The position numbers and the translations under genes are program-made. From positions 1,696,894-1,760,893 of the forward strand of contig JAYQLI010000035.1 in NCBI GenBank assembly GCA_038143065.1: DNA of 64,000 bases, read 5' to 3'. Below, one piece after another: positions 63,347-64,000 of this stretch. Position 1 is the stretch's first letter. Each line of letters starts with the position of its first letter. Below the pieces are notes generated by a model that made no database searches, was not told the DNA's origin, and saw only the letters and a list, made by a program, of their open reading frames with translations. Source of the DNA: Rhodospirillales bacterium. GTDB taxonomy: Bacteria > Pseudomonadota > Alphaproteobacteria > Bin95.

Positions 63347-64000
63347 TTAATCAATCTTGGGTAAAAGCTCGTCCAAGCTCTTTTTGGCATCGCCATAAAA
63401 CATGCGGGTGTTCTCTTTATAAAAGAGGGGGTTCTCAATGCCGGAGTAGCCTGTACCTTGGCCGCGCTTCGACACGAAAACCTGTTTAGCCTTCCACACC
63501 TCTAGCACTGGCATCCCCGCAATAGGACTATTTGGGTCCTCCTGAGCGGCGGGGTTTACGATATCATTAGACCCAATGACGATGACAACATCTGTTTGAG
63601 GAAAGTCATCATTGATCTCGTCCATTTCTAGCACGATGTCGTAAGGAACTTTAGCTTCGGCGAGAAGCACGTTCATGTGCCCCGGCAGCCGGCCCGCAAC
63701 AGGGTGAATGCCAAAACGAACAGTTTTTCCCTTGGACCGCAATCGTTGAGTAAGCTCTGCAACCGTCTGCTGAGCCTGGGCCACCGCCATACCATATCCA
63801 GGAACGATAATAACTGTATCTGCATCATTAAGTGCTGCACCAACCCCATCAGCATCGATGGCGATCATCTCTCCATCAACTTCCATGGCAGGACCGCTAG
63901 ATGTCCCGAAGCCGCCCAGTATTACTGATAGGAACTTTCGGTTCATCGCTACGCACATGATGTAAGAGAGAATTGCTCCTGAAGAACCAACTAAAGCACC
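63347..64000 (-). CDS. pntB: NAD(P) transhydrogenase beta subunit, 3' part
   Basis: [62 protein letters not shown]. Confidence 0.96.
   Translation of the reverse strand, partial: GALVGSSGAILSYIMCVAMNRKFLSVILGGFGTSSGPAMEVDGEMIAIDADGVGAALNDADTVIIVPGYGMAVAQAQQTVAELTQRLRSKGKTVRFGIHPVAGRLPGHMNVLLAEAKVPYDIVLEMDEINDDFPQTDVVIVIGSNDIVNPAAQEDPNSPIAGMPVLEVWKAKQVFVSKRGQGTGYSGIENPLFYKENTRMFYGDAKKSLDELLPKID

Noticed and set aside
532-63928. Numerous antisense or alternative-frame ORFs (e.g. 1994-2485, 29191-29709, 57627-58136)
   Set aside because: They are shadows of well-supported genes, with no motifs or RBS of their own.
1-64000. CRISPR arrays, tRNA (including tRNA-Sec), rRNA, IS elements, prophage
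   Set aside because: No regularly spaced repeats, cloverleaf/T-loop signatures in intergenic gaps, or transposase/integrase/phage ORFs were seen by eye; a covariance-model scan would be needed to exclude small RNAs.

Overview
About 64 kb of bacterial chromosome, most consistent with an Alphaproteobacterium with a marine-type gene set (inferred from gene content only). No rRNA, tRNA, CRISPR array or mobile element is evident. Contents in order: a sigma54/NtrC-type urea operon (urtABCDE-ureDABC), a three-subunit 2-oxoacid oxidoreductase (KorABC-like), formaldehyde dehydrogenase, a long run of catabolic enzymes, acs, cysS, ltnD-otnK, F420 biosynthesis genes (cofC, fbiC), organosulfur-scavenging genes, SulP, an AraC/MFS pair and the 3' part of pntB. 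About 20 genes or junctions are broken by 1-2 base indels, mostly in homopolymers, and three genes carry in-frame TAG/TAA stops. This looks like long-read sequencing error, so split ORFs are reported as joined genes. The most notable signal is at 43.7-47.2 kb (minus strand). Two short ORFs join in frame through a UGA that reads D-U-G-S-C and is followed immediately by a SECIS-like hairpin, giving a UGSC-family selenoprotein. It heads an operon with two paralogous uncharacterised ~340-aa proteins and an atypical thioredoxin-reductase-like flavoprotein: a candidate Sec-dependent reductase of unknown substrate. Other oddities are a 20-Cys secreted repeat protein of eukaryote-like appearance, an orphan TPR-lipoprotein/secretin fusion, and an internally deleted quinone oxidoreductase remnant missed by the ORF track.
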